Below are positions 33,450 to 42,700 of a stretch of 64,000 nucleotides of DNA, piece by piece (within the stretch, counting starts at the first letter, position 1; every line of letters begins with the position of its first letter). The position numbers and the translations under genes are program-made. The notes under the pieces were generated by a model that saw only the letters and a list, made by a program, of their open reading frames with translations, did no database searches and was not told where the DNA came from. The DNA is taken from NCBI GenBank assembly GCA_965248905.1, contig CBDFKS010000004.1, positions 14,759 to 78,758 of the forward strand, written 5' to 3'. The stretch comes from Dehalococcoidia bacterium. GTDB lineage: Bacteria; Chloroflexota; Dehalococcoidia; Lucifugimonadales; JAGWBF01.

Positions 33450-35263
33450 GCAACGTCATTCTCTGCGATCGATTGAGCTCGTTGAAGACTGCCCTGAAAG
33501 GCATATCGGGCCCCTTCCGCTACATAAGTTTGATAGAGACACAGGAGAGCTTTCAGATCCGTAGCTACCTACAGCAGCACCCGGATGCTCGGGAGCTTCC
33601 ACGGGCTCAGCTATTTCGGGAGCGTAGCGACAAGTTCAGGAAAAGCTACATCGAGACGATGGGTCAAATCAATGGGCGAAACCATTCGCTGGAGTGGTGG
33701 GCCATGCCCTTCACCAACAAGAACCCGTTGGCCACCCAGCTTTGTCGCCAAACCTTCCAGTTCCTCCTGATAGTAGAGCTACTCCGCAGCAGCCAAGAGG
33801 CTCTGGTGGTTGTCACCGACGACGCTGACCTCGTTGCTCAGGTGAAAGCCTGGGGAGACACACACGGAGTGCCTGTTGTCAGCACAGTTAAAGGGCAGAA
33901 GGGTTGGAAGTCCTTTGTTCAGAGGTTCACACCGGGAAATGTGCTGTACGCCTTTGTCAGGACCCTGTGGCTGTGGCTCCAGACTCGGCGTTTACGTATC
34001 CGCAGTGAGACCGGCACTGAATACACGGTGGTGGCGAGCCTATTTCACCCCCAGTCCCTGTCTGAGCCTGGAAAATACCGCGACGTGTACTTCGGCAGAC
34101 TTGTGGATGATCTTGAGGCCCAGCAGAAAAACGCCGTCGTGTTTGGACTACTCCAAGAGCCATGGCGAGGCCAGGTTTCCAAGCTGAAGGCGTTGAATGG
34201 CAGAGTCAAGGTTATCCCGGCTGAGGCTTACCTCTCCCTTTCGGACCTGATGTTGTGTGGCCTCAAGTCCCTGAAGGCCTATTTCAGCCGCTCACGAATT
34301 TCTGGCCCCGCAGAGTGTGACGGCATCGACATAGGAATCCTATTAAAAGGAGCCATCCGACAGGCCCGCCGCTCCGGTAATTTTCTCCGAGCACTGAGAG
34401 TATATTACTGCGCCAGACGACTGGCTCAGGAGGTACATGTGGAGCGGTGCATGTATCCCTATGAAAACAGAGCGTGGGAAAGGATGCTGATCCGCGGAAT
34501 CCGAGATGCCTCACCCAAAACCCGCATAGTAGGATACCAGCACGCCTCGGTGACCCTCGGCCACACCAATTTTATACTCGGCCAAGAAGAGCCCCAGATC
34601 GTTCCTTTACCCGATGCCATCGTTACCACAGGACCCTTGGTCAAGGAGTGGCTCGAAATGGAGGGCAACTATCCTCCTGGAATGTTGAAGACCGGCTGTG
34701 CGCTACGCCAATCTTCACCAAACGGCACAGTACAAGCCAGAAACAAGTCAGATCGAATCACCAACGTTCTGGTAGTCCTGGCCACCAGCCTAGACGAATA
34801 TGTAAACACATTGGTGTTCCTCGAAAAGGCGTTTTCAGGATCAACTGGGTACGAGGTTCGCATTCGCCCTCACCCTACCATTCCCCTGGAGTCAGCGGTT
34901 AAGATTGCGCCGTTGAGCCGCACTGAGTTCTATTCGCCAAGCACCGGCCCCTTGATGGACGCTCTCCAATGGGCCGATGTGGTCCTATACGCATCCTCCA
35001 CAGTTGGGATGGAGGCAGTCTCATTGGGAATCCCAGCTATTTACCTTGACCTGGGAAACTTCCTCGATACCGACCCCATGTTTGGCTGGAGTGAGTTCAA
35101 GTGGTCGGTTAGAGAGCCCGCAGAGCTAATTGATGCTATGCGAAAGATCGAAGCCGTACCTCCCAGCACCTTTAGTGAGCTACAGCTAAAAAGCCGGGAG
35201 TATGTATCCACTTATCTGAGTCCGGCGACGGCCGCCAGCGTGCACACTTTTCTCGAAGCCTAA
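33446..35263 (+). CDS. Large uncharacterised GT-B-like protein with an HP motif (candidate CMP-ulosonate transferase / surface carbohydrate biosynthesis protein)
   Basis: YEVRIRPHPTIPLESA is followed about 30 aa later by WADVVLYASSTVGMEAVSLGIPAIYLD. It is translationally coupled to kpsF (ATGA overlap). Confidence 0.65.
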   Translation: MSNVILCDRLSSLKTALKGISGPFRYISLIETQESFQIRSYLQQHPDARELPRAQLFRERSDKFRKSYIETMGQINGRNHSLEWWAMPFTNKNPLATQLCRQTFQFLLIVELLRSSQEALVVVTDDADLVAQVKAWGDTHGVPVVSTVKGQKGWKSFVQRFTPGNVLYAFVRTLWLWLQTRRLRIRSETGTEYTVVASLFHPQSLSEPGKYRDVYFGRLVDDLEAQQKNAVVFGLLQEPWRGQVSKLKALNGRVKVIPAEAYLSLSDLMLCGLKSLKAYFSRSRISGPAECDGIDIGILLKGAIRQARRSGNFLRALRVYYCARRLAQEVHVERCMYPYENRAWERMLIRGIRDASPKTRIVGYQHASVTLGHTNFILGQEEPQIVPLPDAIVTTGPLVKEWLEMEGNYPPGMLKTGCALRQSSPNGTVQARNKSDRITNVLVVLATSLDEYVNTLVFLEKAFSGSTGYEVRIRPHPTIPLESAVKIAPLSRTEFYSPSTGPLMDALQWADVVLYASSTVGMEAVSLGIPAIYLDLGNFLDTDPMFGWSEFKWSVREPAELIDAMRKIEAVPPSTFSELQLKSREYVSTYLSPATAASVHTFLEA

Positions 35264-35272
35264 ACCTCTCAC

Positions 35273-36217
35273 ATGAAGATATTCATCACGGGAATCAGTG
35301 GACTGCTAGGCCTGAACCTGGCCCTCCAGCTACGAGACAAACACGAAATAAGCGGCTGTTATCACACTCATCCCGTACAGTTGGACAGCGTAAATGCTCT
35401 ACAACTTGATCTGCTTGACATCGAACATACCAACAAATTATTGCACCAGCTACGACCCGATGTGGTTATCCATACTGTGGGCTTGACAAGCGTAGAGGGG
35501 TGCGAATCGGACCCAGTGCTGGCCCACAAGCTAAATGTAGAAGCTACCCAACACATCGCCGAGGCGTCCCGCACCATGAAGTTCAAGCTGGTGCACATTT
35601 CCACCGACCATCTGTTTGATGGCGCCTCGGCCTGGAGACGGGAAGAGGATACGCCGAATCCTCTCAATGTCTATGCCAGGACCAAGTTAAAGGCAGAGGA
35701 AACGGTCCTTGAGAGCTCGGATGATGCCTTGGTGATACGGACTAACTTCTATGGTTGGGGCACCAGCGTTCGATCCTCATTTAGCGATTGGATATATCAG
35801 TCCCTCGAAAAGGGCCAACAGCTCAGAATGTTCTCCGACGTGTTCTTCACTCCCATATTGATTAACGATCTGTCTAATCTGATCCTGCAGCTAGTCAACA
35901 AGGGAGCTGCGGGGATTTACAACGTTGCGGGAAGAGAGCGGCTCTCCAAATACGACTTCGCTGTCAAGTTAGCCGACGCGTTCAACTGCCCTTCTGAAAA
36001 CATTCACTCCATAAGCGTGAAAGAGTTCCCTTTCAAGGCACAAAGGCCCAAAGATATGTCCCTGTGCAGCGAAAAGGCGGCTAACTTCCTGGGAACCCAA
36101 ATGCCAGACATCTACGAAGGATTGAACCGGTTGAACAAGCTGAATTCAAGAGGATATCCAGAGACAGTGGAGCAAGCCATTCAGAGCAGTCGCCCTCGTC
36201 GAGCTTCTTACACCTGA
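35273..36217 (+). CDS. SDR-family sugar-nucleotide reductase (RmlD substrate-binding-domain type)
   Basis: MKIFITGISGLLG is the NAD-binding segment. YARTKLKAEE carries YxxxK. The length and layout are RmlD-like. Confidence 0.8.
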   Translation: MKIFITGISGLLGLNLALQLRDKHEISGCYHTHPVQLDSVNALQLDLLDIEHTNKLLHQLRPDVVIHTVGLTSVEGCESDPVLAHKLNVEATQHIAEASRTMKFKLVHISTDHLFDGASAWRREEDTPNPLNVYARTKLKAEETVLESSDDALVIRTNFYGWGTSVRSSFSDWIYQSLEKGQQLRMFSDVFFTPILINDLSNLILQLVNKGAAGIYNVAGRERLSKYDFAVKLADAFNCPSENIHSISVKEFPFKAQRPKDMSLCSEKAANFLGTQMPDIYEGLNRLNKLNSRGYPETVEQAIQSSRPRRASYT

Positions 36218-36230
36218 AAGCCTCGATATC

Positions 36231-37151
36231 ATGGCATTCAAGAACAAAGTAGCCATAGTGGTCCCTACCCGAAACAGACCCTCAGACCTGCGCCGCATGC
36301 TAGGCAGTGTCGCCGGCCAATCTTGCCTGCCCGACCAGATGATTATTGTGGACGGTGGAGAGCAGACGGTTGAGGAAGTGGCAAACGCCTTTCCCAACCT
36401 GAACGTTCGCTACCTCCGCGTTTATCCGCCTTCTCTCTCCAAGCAGCGAAACGCCGGTATGGAGACCGTTGATCCCTCGATAACTCTCGCTGGATATATG
36501 GACGACGACCTGGTCCTGGAACCGGGTTCCATGGAAGCCATGCTAAACTTTTGGGAAACCGCATCTGGCGATGTAGGTGGGGCTAGATTCAACATCGTAA
36601 ATGAGCAGCCTCCCAGGTCAGTTTGGATCAAGTCCCTGTTCCTCGCGAGCCGTCCGGAGAAAGGTACAGTCCTTCCCTCCGGCTATACCACTCCCATCGG
36701 CCCGATCAATGAGAATCTACAAGTCCGTTGGCTATCGGGAGGTGTGACCCTATGGCGGAGTGAGGTAATCAAAGAGTTCGGCTACGATGAGTGGTTCGAG
36801 GGCACCGGATACCTGGAGGACCTAGATTATAGCTACAACGTCGGAAAGAAGTACAAACTTGTAGCGGTGGCTGATGCCCGGGTTCAGCACCTCAGCTATC
36901 CCATACGCAAGAACATGAACTATTTGCTGGGTAAGTGGCAGGTGACCAATCGGATGTACTTTGTGAAAAAGTATCCCGACCTCTCCGTGTCCCTATGTTA
37001 CTTCGCTGTATGCGGTCAGATGGTGTTTAACCTGGCCAAGAGTGCCGCCGAGCGAGATAGTGTGGGCCTGCGACGCGCCCTCGGCAATCTCGTTGGCCTC
37101 TTCAGGGTCAGCACAGGGAAGATCGACAGGATGGGCGGTATCCTTAAATGA
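36231..37151 (+). CDS. Glycosyltransferase family 2
   Basis: VAIVVPTRNRPSDLRRMLGSVAGQS..IIVDGG and a DDD-type acidic motif (YMDDDLVL) are present. Confidence 0.88.
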   Translation: MAFKNKVAIVVPTRNRPSDLRRMLGSVAGQSCLPDQMIIVDGGEQTVEEVANAFPNLNVRYLRVYPPSLSKQRNAGMETVDPSITLAGYMDDDLVLEPGSMEAMLNFWETASGDVGGARFNIVNEQPPRSVWIKSLFLASRPEKGTVLPSGYTTPIGPINENLQVRWLSGGVTLWRSEVIKEFGYDEWFEGTGYLEDLDYSYNVGKKYKLVAVADARVQHLSYPIRKNMNYLLGKWQVTNRMYFVKKYPDLSVSLCYFAVCGQMVFNLAKSAAERDSVGLRRALGNLVGLFRVSTGKIDRMGGILK

Positions 37152-37228
37152 AGTATCGGCCTTTCCGTGTCAATCGTCGACAAAGGGCTAAGAATGGTAG
37201 TTCAAGAGTATATGAGGTACGACATTAG

Positions 37229-38112
37229 TTGAGAGATGAGCAGTTGAAATCCGCTAGTCGCGATGTGAATCTGGTACAGCTACTGGAAAGCCTTGCTCCT
37301 AATTTCAGCCATGACCACCTGGAGCAGATATTTCCCAAGAGCGTTCAAAAGCAGCAGAAGGCCATCAAAACGTGTCTGCAACTGTTGGGCGTCGATATGC
37401 AAAAGGACTCCATCGACGCCGGTGCCGTTCAAGCTACCGGCCCAGCAAGAACCTTAGACATCGGGCCTGGAATGGGTCTTCTGGCCATTGCTCTCAAGAA
37501 GTTAGGGTTCAACGCCGATTGCCTGTTTGCACCCCACGACTATCCCACACCCCCCCAATTCGAGCGCAATGAGGTTGGCATTCACTATTGCGACACCTAC
37601 ACCGAGCCCTTTCCGCAACCGGACAACACATACGATCTCATAACAATGCAAGAGGTTATAGAGCACTTCCACCACTCTCCCAAGAACTGCCTGCTGGAGA
37701 TGTATCGGGTGCTGAAACCTGGAGGCTGGGGCATTATCGAGACACCGAACTCAGTCAACCTCCGGGACAGGGTCAGGGTATTAATCGGCAAAGTAACTGG
37801 CCAGACGTAAAGCTCGTCTATAACTGGGGTGGCCCGTTCACCGGTCACGTCCGAGAGTACACCAAAGACGAGCTGGAATGGACTATCAAAGAAGCGGAGT
37901 TTAGCGACGTCAAGGTCTCGGCCATTAATCGCGTGGTCTGGCAATCGGAGTACAAAGGCCGGGATTCCACAGGGCGCATGGTCACGAAGTACCGAAACCG
38001 TTTCAGAGTCAACTCGCCTTACGCAATCGCTCGACTGATCTATTTCCTGCCTGTGCTGGCGGTGCCTAACTTGCGTGATACCTTGCTGGCTACTTTCAGA
38101 AAGCCCACCTGA
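37229..38112 (+). pseudogene. Class I SAM methyltransferase interrupted by a +1/-1 frameshift near 37788-37795
   Basis: Frame A (37229-37810) gives TLDIGPGMGLL...EVIEHF...LKPGGWGIIETPN...VLIGK then a stop. Frame B continues NWPDVKLVYNWGGPFTGHVREYTKDELEWTI to 38112. One extra A in ggcAAAgta would join the two frames. Confidence 0.7.
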
Positions 38113-38115
38113 GTA

Positions 38116-39288
38116 ATGGATAGCCCTATTCGGGTACTCAACGTTATCGCCGATGACCGGGTCGGCGGCCCTCAACTGAGAATCCTTAGAGTATCCAAGG
38201 CCCTAAAGAAGCTGGGAATCGAGACCACAGTCGCAATCCCAACAGGTGATGGAGGTTTTGGAGACCTGCTGGGAGAGGCAGATATCCCCTTCCATAGGCT
38301 TCCTGGTCTCTTGAGAATCCGTGGCACCCCAAACCCTCTAGCTCACCTGGACTGGTTCATTGGGCTTTGGGACTCCATTGGCCGTCTAATGACGATCATA
38401 AAGAGAGAGAGAATCGACATCGTTCATCAGAACGATGTCACCCATATTCAAGGAGCCATTGCCGGTCGGCTGGCGGGCCGGAAGGTTGTCTGGCACATCA
38501 ATGGCATGACCTACCCCCTTGTTTTCAAAAGCTTCAAACCTCTCCTTTACTTTATGCCCCACATGCTTGTGGCATCCTCTCAGGCCGTAGGCAGTGAGTA
38601 TCTTGGGGGAAAGGGGGATCTTTTCGCCCGTCCTTTCCAGGTACTCTATCCACCAGTGGATTGTCCAGACGACGATAAAAGCACCGATCAGGACTCGCTT
38701 AGAGATGAGTTCGACATCCCACATTCGAGTCCGTTGATAGGGATGGTGGGTAACGTCTATCCTTCGAAAGGCCACGTCTATTTCATCAGGGCGGCGGCGC
38801 TGATCAAAAAGCAGTACCCAGACGCTCGGTTTTTGATAGTAGGCCAACGCTTCGAGACCCGAAAGCAGTATTCAGCCGAGCTGGATAGAGAAGCTGAAAG
38901 GTTGGGCCTATCCGAGGCGCTTATATACACTGGATTCCGCCGCGACATGAACGATGTGCTAAACGCCCTGGATGTTCTCGTACATCCCAGCCTGTCCGAG
39001 TCCTTCGGAATGGCGCTGGCGGAGGGGCTGGCAGCGGGCAAACCGGTGGTAGCCTCCGATGTTGGCGGGGTTAAGGAGGTCGTGTTACACAATGAGACCG
39101 GCATTCTGGTGCCCCCGACAGATTCAGAAGCTATAGCCAAGTCTGTCATGTCTTTGCTGTGCGACCCGGAGTATGCGCATTCCATGGCGGTCAAGGGGAG
39201 GGAGAGGGTGAGGCAACTGTTCTCCACCGAAAGGTGTGCCTCTGAACATGAGAAAGTCTATCGACGAGTCTTGAATGGCAGGGTTTAG
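38116..39288 (+). CDS. Glycosyltransferase family 4 (GT-B, retaining type)
   Basis: VHPSLSESFGMALAEGLAAGKPVVASDVGGVKEVV is the EX7E region. Confidence 0.9.
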   Translation: MDSPIRVLNVIADDRVGGPQLRILRVSKALKKLGIETTVAIPTGDGGFGDLLGEADIPFHRLPGLLRIRGTPNPLAHLDWFIGLWDSIGRLMTIIKRERIDIVHQNDVTHIQGAIAGRLAGRKVVWHINGMTYPLVFKSFKPLLYFMPHMLVASSQAVGSEYLGGKGDLFARPFQVLYPPVDCPDDDKSTDQDSLRDEFDIPHSSPLIGMVGNVYPSKGHVYFIRAAALIKKQYPDARFLIVGQRFETRKQYSAELDREAERLGLSEALIYTGFRRDMNDVLNALDVLVHPSLSESFGMALAEGLAAGKPVVASDVGGVKEVVLHNETGILVPPTDSEAIAKSVMSLLCDPEYAHSMAVKGRERVRQLFSTERCASEHEKVYRRVLNGRV

Positions 39289-39300
39289 ACGTTCCCCAAG

Positions 39301-40569
39301 ATGAAAGCACTGCTACTAACCCAGTACTATCCGCCCGAGCCCGGCACGGCATCCCTGAAGATGTCGGACCTGGCGGAGCATCTGCAAAGGCAGGGCCACC
39401 AGGTAACGGTGGTCACAGGCTTCCCCAACTATCCCGATGGCGTCCTTTACGAGGGATATAAGAGGAAACTGTACCACGAGGAGACGGTAAATGGCGTTAA
39501 GGTCATCAGGACCTACCTTCTCATCACCACGGAGCGCCGTAGCTTTGGGCCCCGGATGAAGAATCATCTGTCGTTCATGGTCTCCTCGATTTTCGGGTCT
39601 CTGAGGGCCGGCCATCACGACCTGGTTTACGTATATTCCCCACCCTTGTTTTCGGCGGTGTCAGCATATCTGTTAAGCCGGCTGTGGCGCGCACCCTTCG
39701 TGCTGGACGTTCACGATCTTTGGCCTAAAGGACCCATTCATCTGGGCGTACTCAAGGGACGTACCAAGATCAGAATGGCAGAGCAGCTTGAGAAATTCGC
39801 CTATTCCAAAGCCCACCACCTGTTCTTCTATTCCGACCGTATGCGCCAAGACGTGGTTGCAACGGGCGTACCGGACTCCAAAACCGAGGTACATCCCCTT
39901 TGGGTAGACACGGAGTTCTTTCGACCGGCGCCACAAGAAGAGGCCGCCAAGATTCGCCAAGATTATGTCATGTCCGACAAGCTGGTGGTGATGTACACCG
40001 GCAACCTCGGTCTCCCCCAAGGGCTAGATACGGCCATCAAATGCGCACAGCTCATGCAGGAGCGAGGCTACGACCAAATCTTATTCGTCTTCGTGGGAGG
40101 TGGTGCGGATCGGGACAGGCTCCAACGGCTAAGTCAAGAGTATGGCCTGCGGAACGTGCTGTTTATTCCGCCTCAACCTGTGAGTGTCATGCCGGCCTTC
40201 ATGTCAGCCAGCGATATTCTGCTGGTGCATCTGGACAAGGCGCCTTTCCGGATGGGGACCGTGCCTGGCAAGCTGCTGACCTACATGAGCACGGGCCGTC
40301 CAGTGCTGGCCGGACTTGAAGGGGAATCCGCCGACATCGTAGAACGGAATCGGTGTGGCGTGCTAATAGAGCCCCAGAATGCTGAGGCCATGGCAGGGGC
40401 AATTCTGAAACTAGAAGATCCAGACACGCGGAGGCAGATGGGGGAAGCTGGACGGAGGGCTGCGGTTGCCCAGTACAATCGCGAAACCCTACTCGATGAG
40501 GTTGAGGACCGATTACAGCAGATCGTCACGGGACGTCGCGGACGGGCCGCCACGGCCAAGTCCTCATGA
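39301..40569 (+). CDS. Glycosyltransferase family 4, WcaI-like
   Basis: MKALLLTQYYPPEPGTAS...VTVVTGFPNYPDG is the WcaI-type N-terminus, followed by a GT-B C-terminal domain. Confidence 0.88.
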   Translation: MKALLLTQYYPPEPGTASLKMSDLAEHLQRQGHQVTVVTGFPNYPDGVLYEGYKRKLYHEETVNGVKVIRTYLLITTERRSFGPRMKNHLSFMVSSIFGSLRAGHHDLVYVYSPPLFSAVSAYLLSRLWRAPFVLDVHDLWPKGPIHLGVLKGRTKIRMAEQLEKFAYSKAHHLFFYSDRMRQDVVATGVPDSKTEVHPLWVDTEFFRPAPQEEAAKIRQDYVMSDKLVVMYTGNLGLPQGLDTAIKCAQLMQERGYDQILFVFVGGGADRDRLQRLSQEYGLRNVLFIPPQPVSVMPAFMSASDILLVHLDKAPFRMGTVPGKLLTYMSTGRPVLAGLEGESADIVERNRCGVLIEPQNAEAMAGAILKLEDPDTRRQMGEAGRRAAVAQYNRETLLDEVEDRLQQIVTGRRGRAATAKSS

Positions 40570-41606
40570 GCGACCAAGACCTCCGGTTAGTTCACATGGG
40601 TCGCTATCCGGGTAGAAGGGTACTGACCTGGCACAATGGAGAGCTGTATTTCTCACGAAAATATTCGTTGTGGAGAGGAAACCCCGTAGAGAACCGATGG
40701 GAGCACGTAGCTCGATACCGGCCTGACTGGACGAGGAGGCTTAGCAGTATCACCCGACTGGGAGGCAGGCTCCGCCGGGATGGATTCCACTCCCTGGGCA
40801 TATTGCCTAACGGAGGGATGGTGGCTGTTATGCCCAAGGTCATCGCTATCTGCCCGCCGGGCGAGAAAGAGTTTCAGGTTACCTGGCACATCAAAAGGGG
40901 GACCCGTCCCCTGGCATTGACCGTATCTCCGGACGGCGCCATTTATTGGGGGGAGTATTTCAACAACCCTACACGAGATGAAGTACACGTCTACGCATCT
41001 ACAGACCAAGGACGGACATGGAATGTAGCATACACCTTCACACAGGGTTCCATTCGACACGTTCACAGCATCACATACGATCCCTACAGAGACCACTTAT
41101 GGATGTGCACCGGCGACTACGGCGCAGAGTGCCGCATTATGCGGGTGAGCAACGACTGGCAGGTGATTGAGACTGTGCTTGAAGGGAACCAACAGGTCCG
41201 CACCGTTCGTCCAATTCCAGCGGCCGACGGCCTTTACTTCACCACGGACTCGGAGCTGGAGCAGAATTACGTCTATCGGCTGAACACTGAAGACCAGCTT
41301 GAACAGCTTCACCCAATCAACGGCCCAGGCATGTGGAGCTGCCAGGTAGGTGATGCACTGTTTTTCTCCAGCGACATAGAGCCCAGCAAAGTCAATCTTG
41401 ATCCTCTGGCGAGTGTCTACGGCAGTCCCGACGGAACATCCTGGTCCAGGCTGGTGGCTTGGCGCAAAGACCTGTGGCACAAACGCTTTTTTCAGTACGG
41501 GAATATCGTGCTTCCCCGAGGGCCGAATAGCTCCAACATTTTTGCAGCCTCGGGAATGGCGGTGCAGAAAGAAGACGACGTTATGCATGTCTGGAGAGTC
41601 CAGTGA
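40566..41606 (+). CDS. Asp-box (BNR) repeat beta-propeller-like protein, sialidase-fold candidate
   Basis: STDQGRTW is an exact S-x-D-x-G-x-T-W Asp-box and SPDGTSW is a degenerate second one. No signal peptide is obvious. Confidence 0.6.
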   Translation: MSDQDLRLVHMGRYPGRRVLTWHNGELYFSRKYSLWRGNPVENRWEHVARYRPDWTRRLSSITRLGGRLRRDGFHSLGILPNGGMVAVMPKVIAICPPGEKEFQVTWHIKRGTRPLALTVSPDGAIYWGEYFNNPTRDEVHVYASTDQGRTWNVAYTFTQGSIRHVHSITYDPYRDHLWMCTGDYGAECRIMRVSNDWQVIETVLEGNQQVRTVRPIPAADGLYFTTDSELEQNYVYRLNTEDQLEQLHPINGPGMWSCQVGDALFFSSDIEPSKVNLDPLASVYGSPDGTSWSRLVAWRKDLWHKRFFQYGNIVLPRGPNSSNIFAASGMAVQKEDDVMHVWRVQ

Positions 41607-42700
41607 CAGAGGCCCAGACAAGCGTTGTCTCAACGGTAAGGGAAAGTACCGCCTCAGATAAGACCGGAATATTCAAACTTCGAGAGGCGGTCTATGGCAA
41701 GCCCTTCGGCCAGGAGGAGTGGCACTGGAAATTCGAGAAACACTCCGGCATTCCAGCTAAAATCTATGTGGCAGAGGCTCAAGACTCGCTCGTGGGTCTC
41801 AGGGCCTTCATCGTCGAGAGACTGAAAGTTCATGAGAAGGTGTGGCTGGCTGGCCTCGGCGTGGACATCATGGTCCATCCTGAGTTCAGGAGATACGGCA
41901 TCGCCTCCCAGGTCGCCAACGAAGCCTCCGAAGCCATGGAAGCGGCGGACATCCCCATATTGACCGGGTTCCCCAACGAAGCCGCGTTCAAGGTCTACAA
42001 TCGTAGGCGCTCCAACTGGAGGCACGTCTGCTCGATTCCTCTACTGGTAAAGCCATTAAACTTTGATGCCATCCTGGGTAAGTACGTCAAGAATTCCCTA
42101 CTCCGATGGTCATTAAGGGTACCGCTACAGGTTCTGTGGAGAGTATTCTTCGGCGGAAAAACCCGTAAAGCCCAGGACATCACCGTGAAAAAGGGCGACG
42201 CCTTCGACGAGCGGTTTGACCAGCTATGGGAGTCGGTCAATAAGCAGCACGAAATTCTGCTGGTGCGAGACCGGGCCTTTCTTGATTGGCGATTCAAGGA
42301 GAATCCGGATGTAGCTTGCGTGGTTTGCACGGCCGAACGAGATGGCAAACTACTGGGCTATGCCGTTCTGTGGGAAGGCCAGATGTTCGATCTCAAAGTG
42401 GGGTTTATACTCGATATTCTAGCGGAAGACGCGAATGCGACCGATGCCCTGATATCCGATGCCGTCGACTATTTCAAGGGGAGGGGTGTGGAGGCTGCAG
42501 GATGTCTGATGCTTAAACACACGTCATACTTCAAGGAGCTGAGAAGGGCCGGGTTTGTTGTGGCACCAAAACGGGCTATCCATAAAGAGTTCTACTTTGG
42601 AGTTCAGGTGAAGCCGTCCATCATCCCCGACGAAGTTATGAACAAACGCGAAAGCTGGTATTTGACCTTTGCCGACCTGGACCGGGAGCTGCCTATATGA
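41603..42700 (+). CDS. GNAT-family N-acetyltransferase (two-lobed, about 365 aa)
   Basis: The acetyl-CoA-binding-like block is VHPEFRRYGIASQVANEA. The GTG start overlaps the upstream stop (GTGA). Confidence 0.75.
   Translation: MTEAQTSVVSTVRESTASDKTGIFKLREAVYGKPFGQEEWHWKFEKHSGIPAKIYVAEAQDSLVGLRAFIVERLKVHEKVWLAGLGVDIMVHPEFRRYGIASQVANEASEAMEAADIPILTGFPNEAAFKVYNRRRSNWRHVCSIPLLVKPLNFDAILGKYVKNSLLRWSLRVPLQVLWRVFFGGKTRKAQDITVKKGDAFDERFDQLWESVNKQHEILLVRDRAFLDWRFKENPDVACVVCTAERDGKLLGYAVLWEGQMFDLKVGFILDILAEDANATDALISDAVDYFKGRGVEAAGCLMLKHTSYFKELRRAGFVVAPKRAIHKEFYFGVQVKPSIIPDEVMNKRESWYLTFADLDRELPI

Noticed and set aside
37597-38175. 192-aa minus-strand ORF opposite the frameshifted methyltransferase
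   Set aside because: There are no recognisable motifs. The plus-strand frames together reconstruct a complete methyltransferase fold, which explains the region better.
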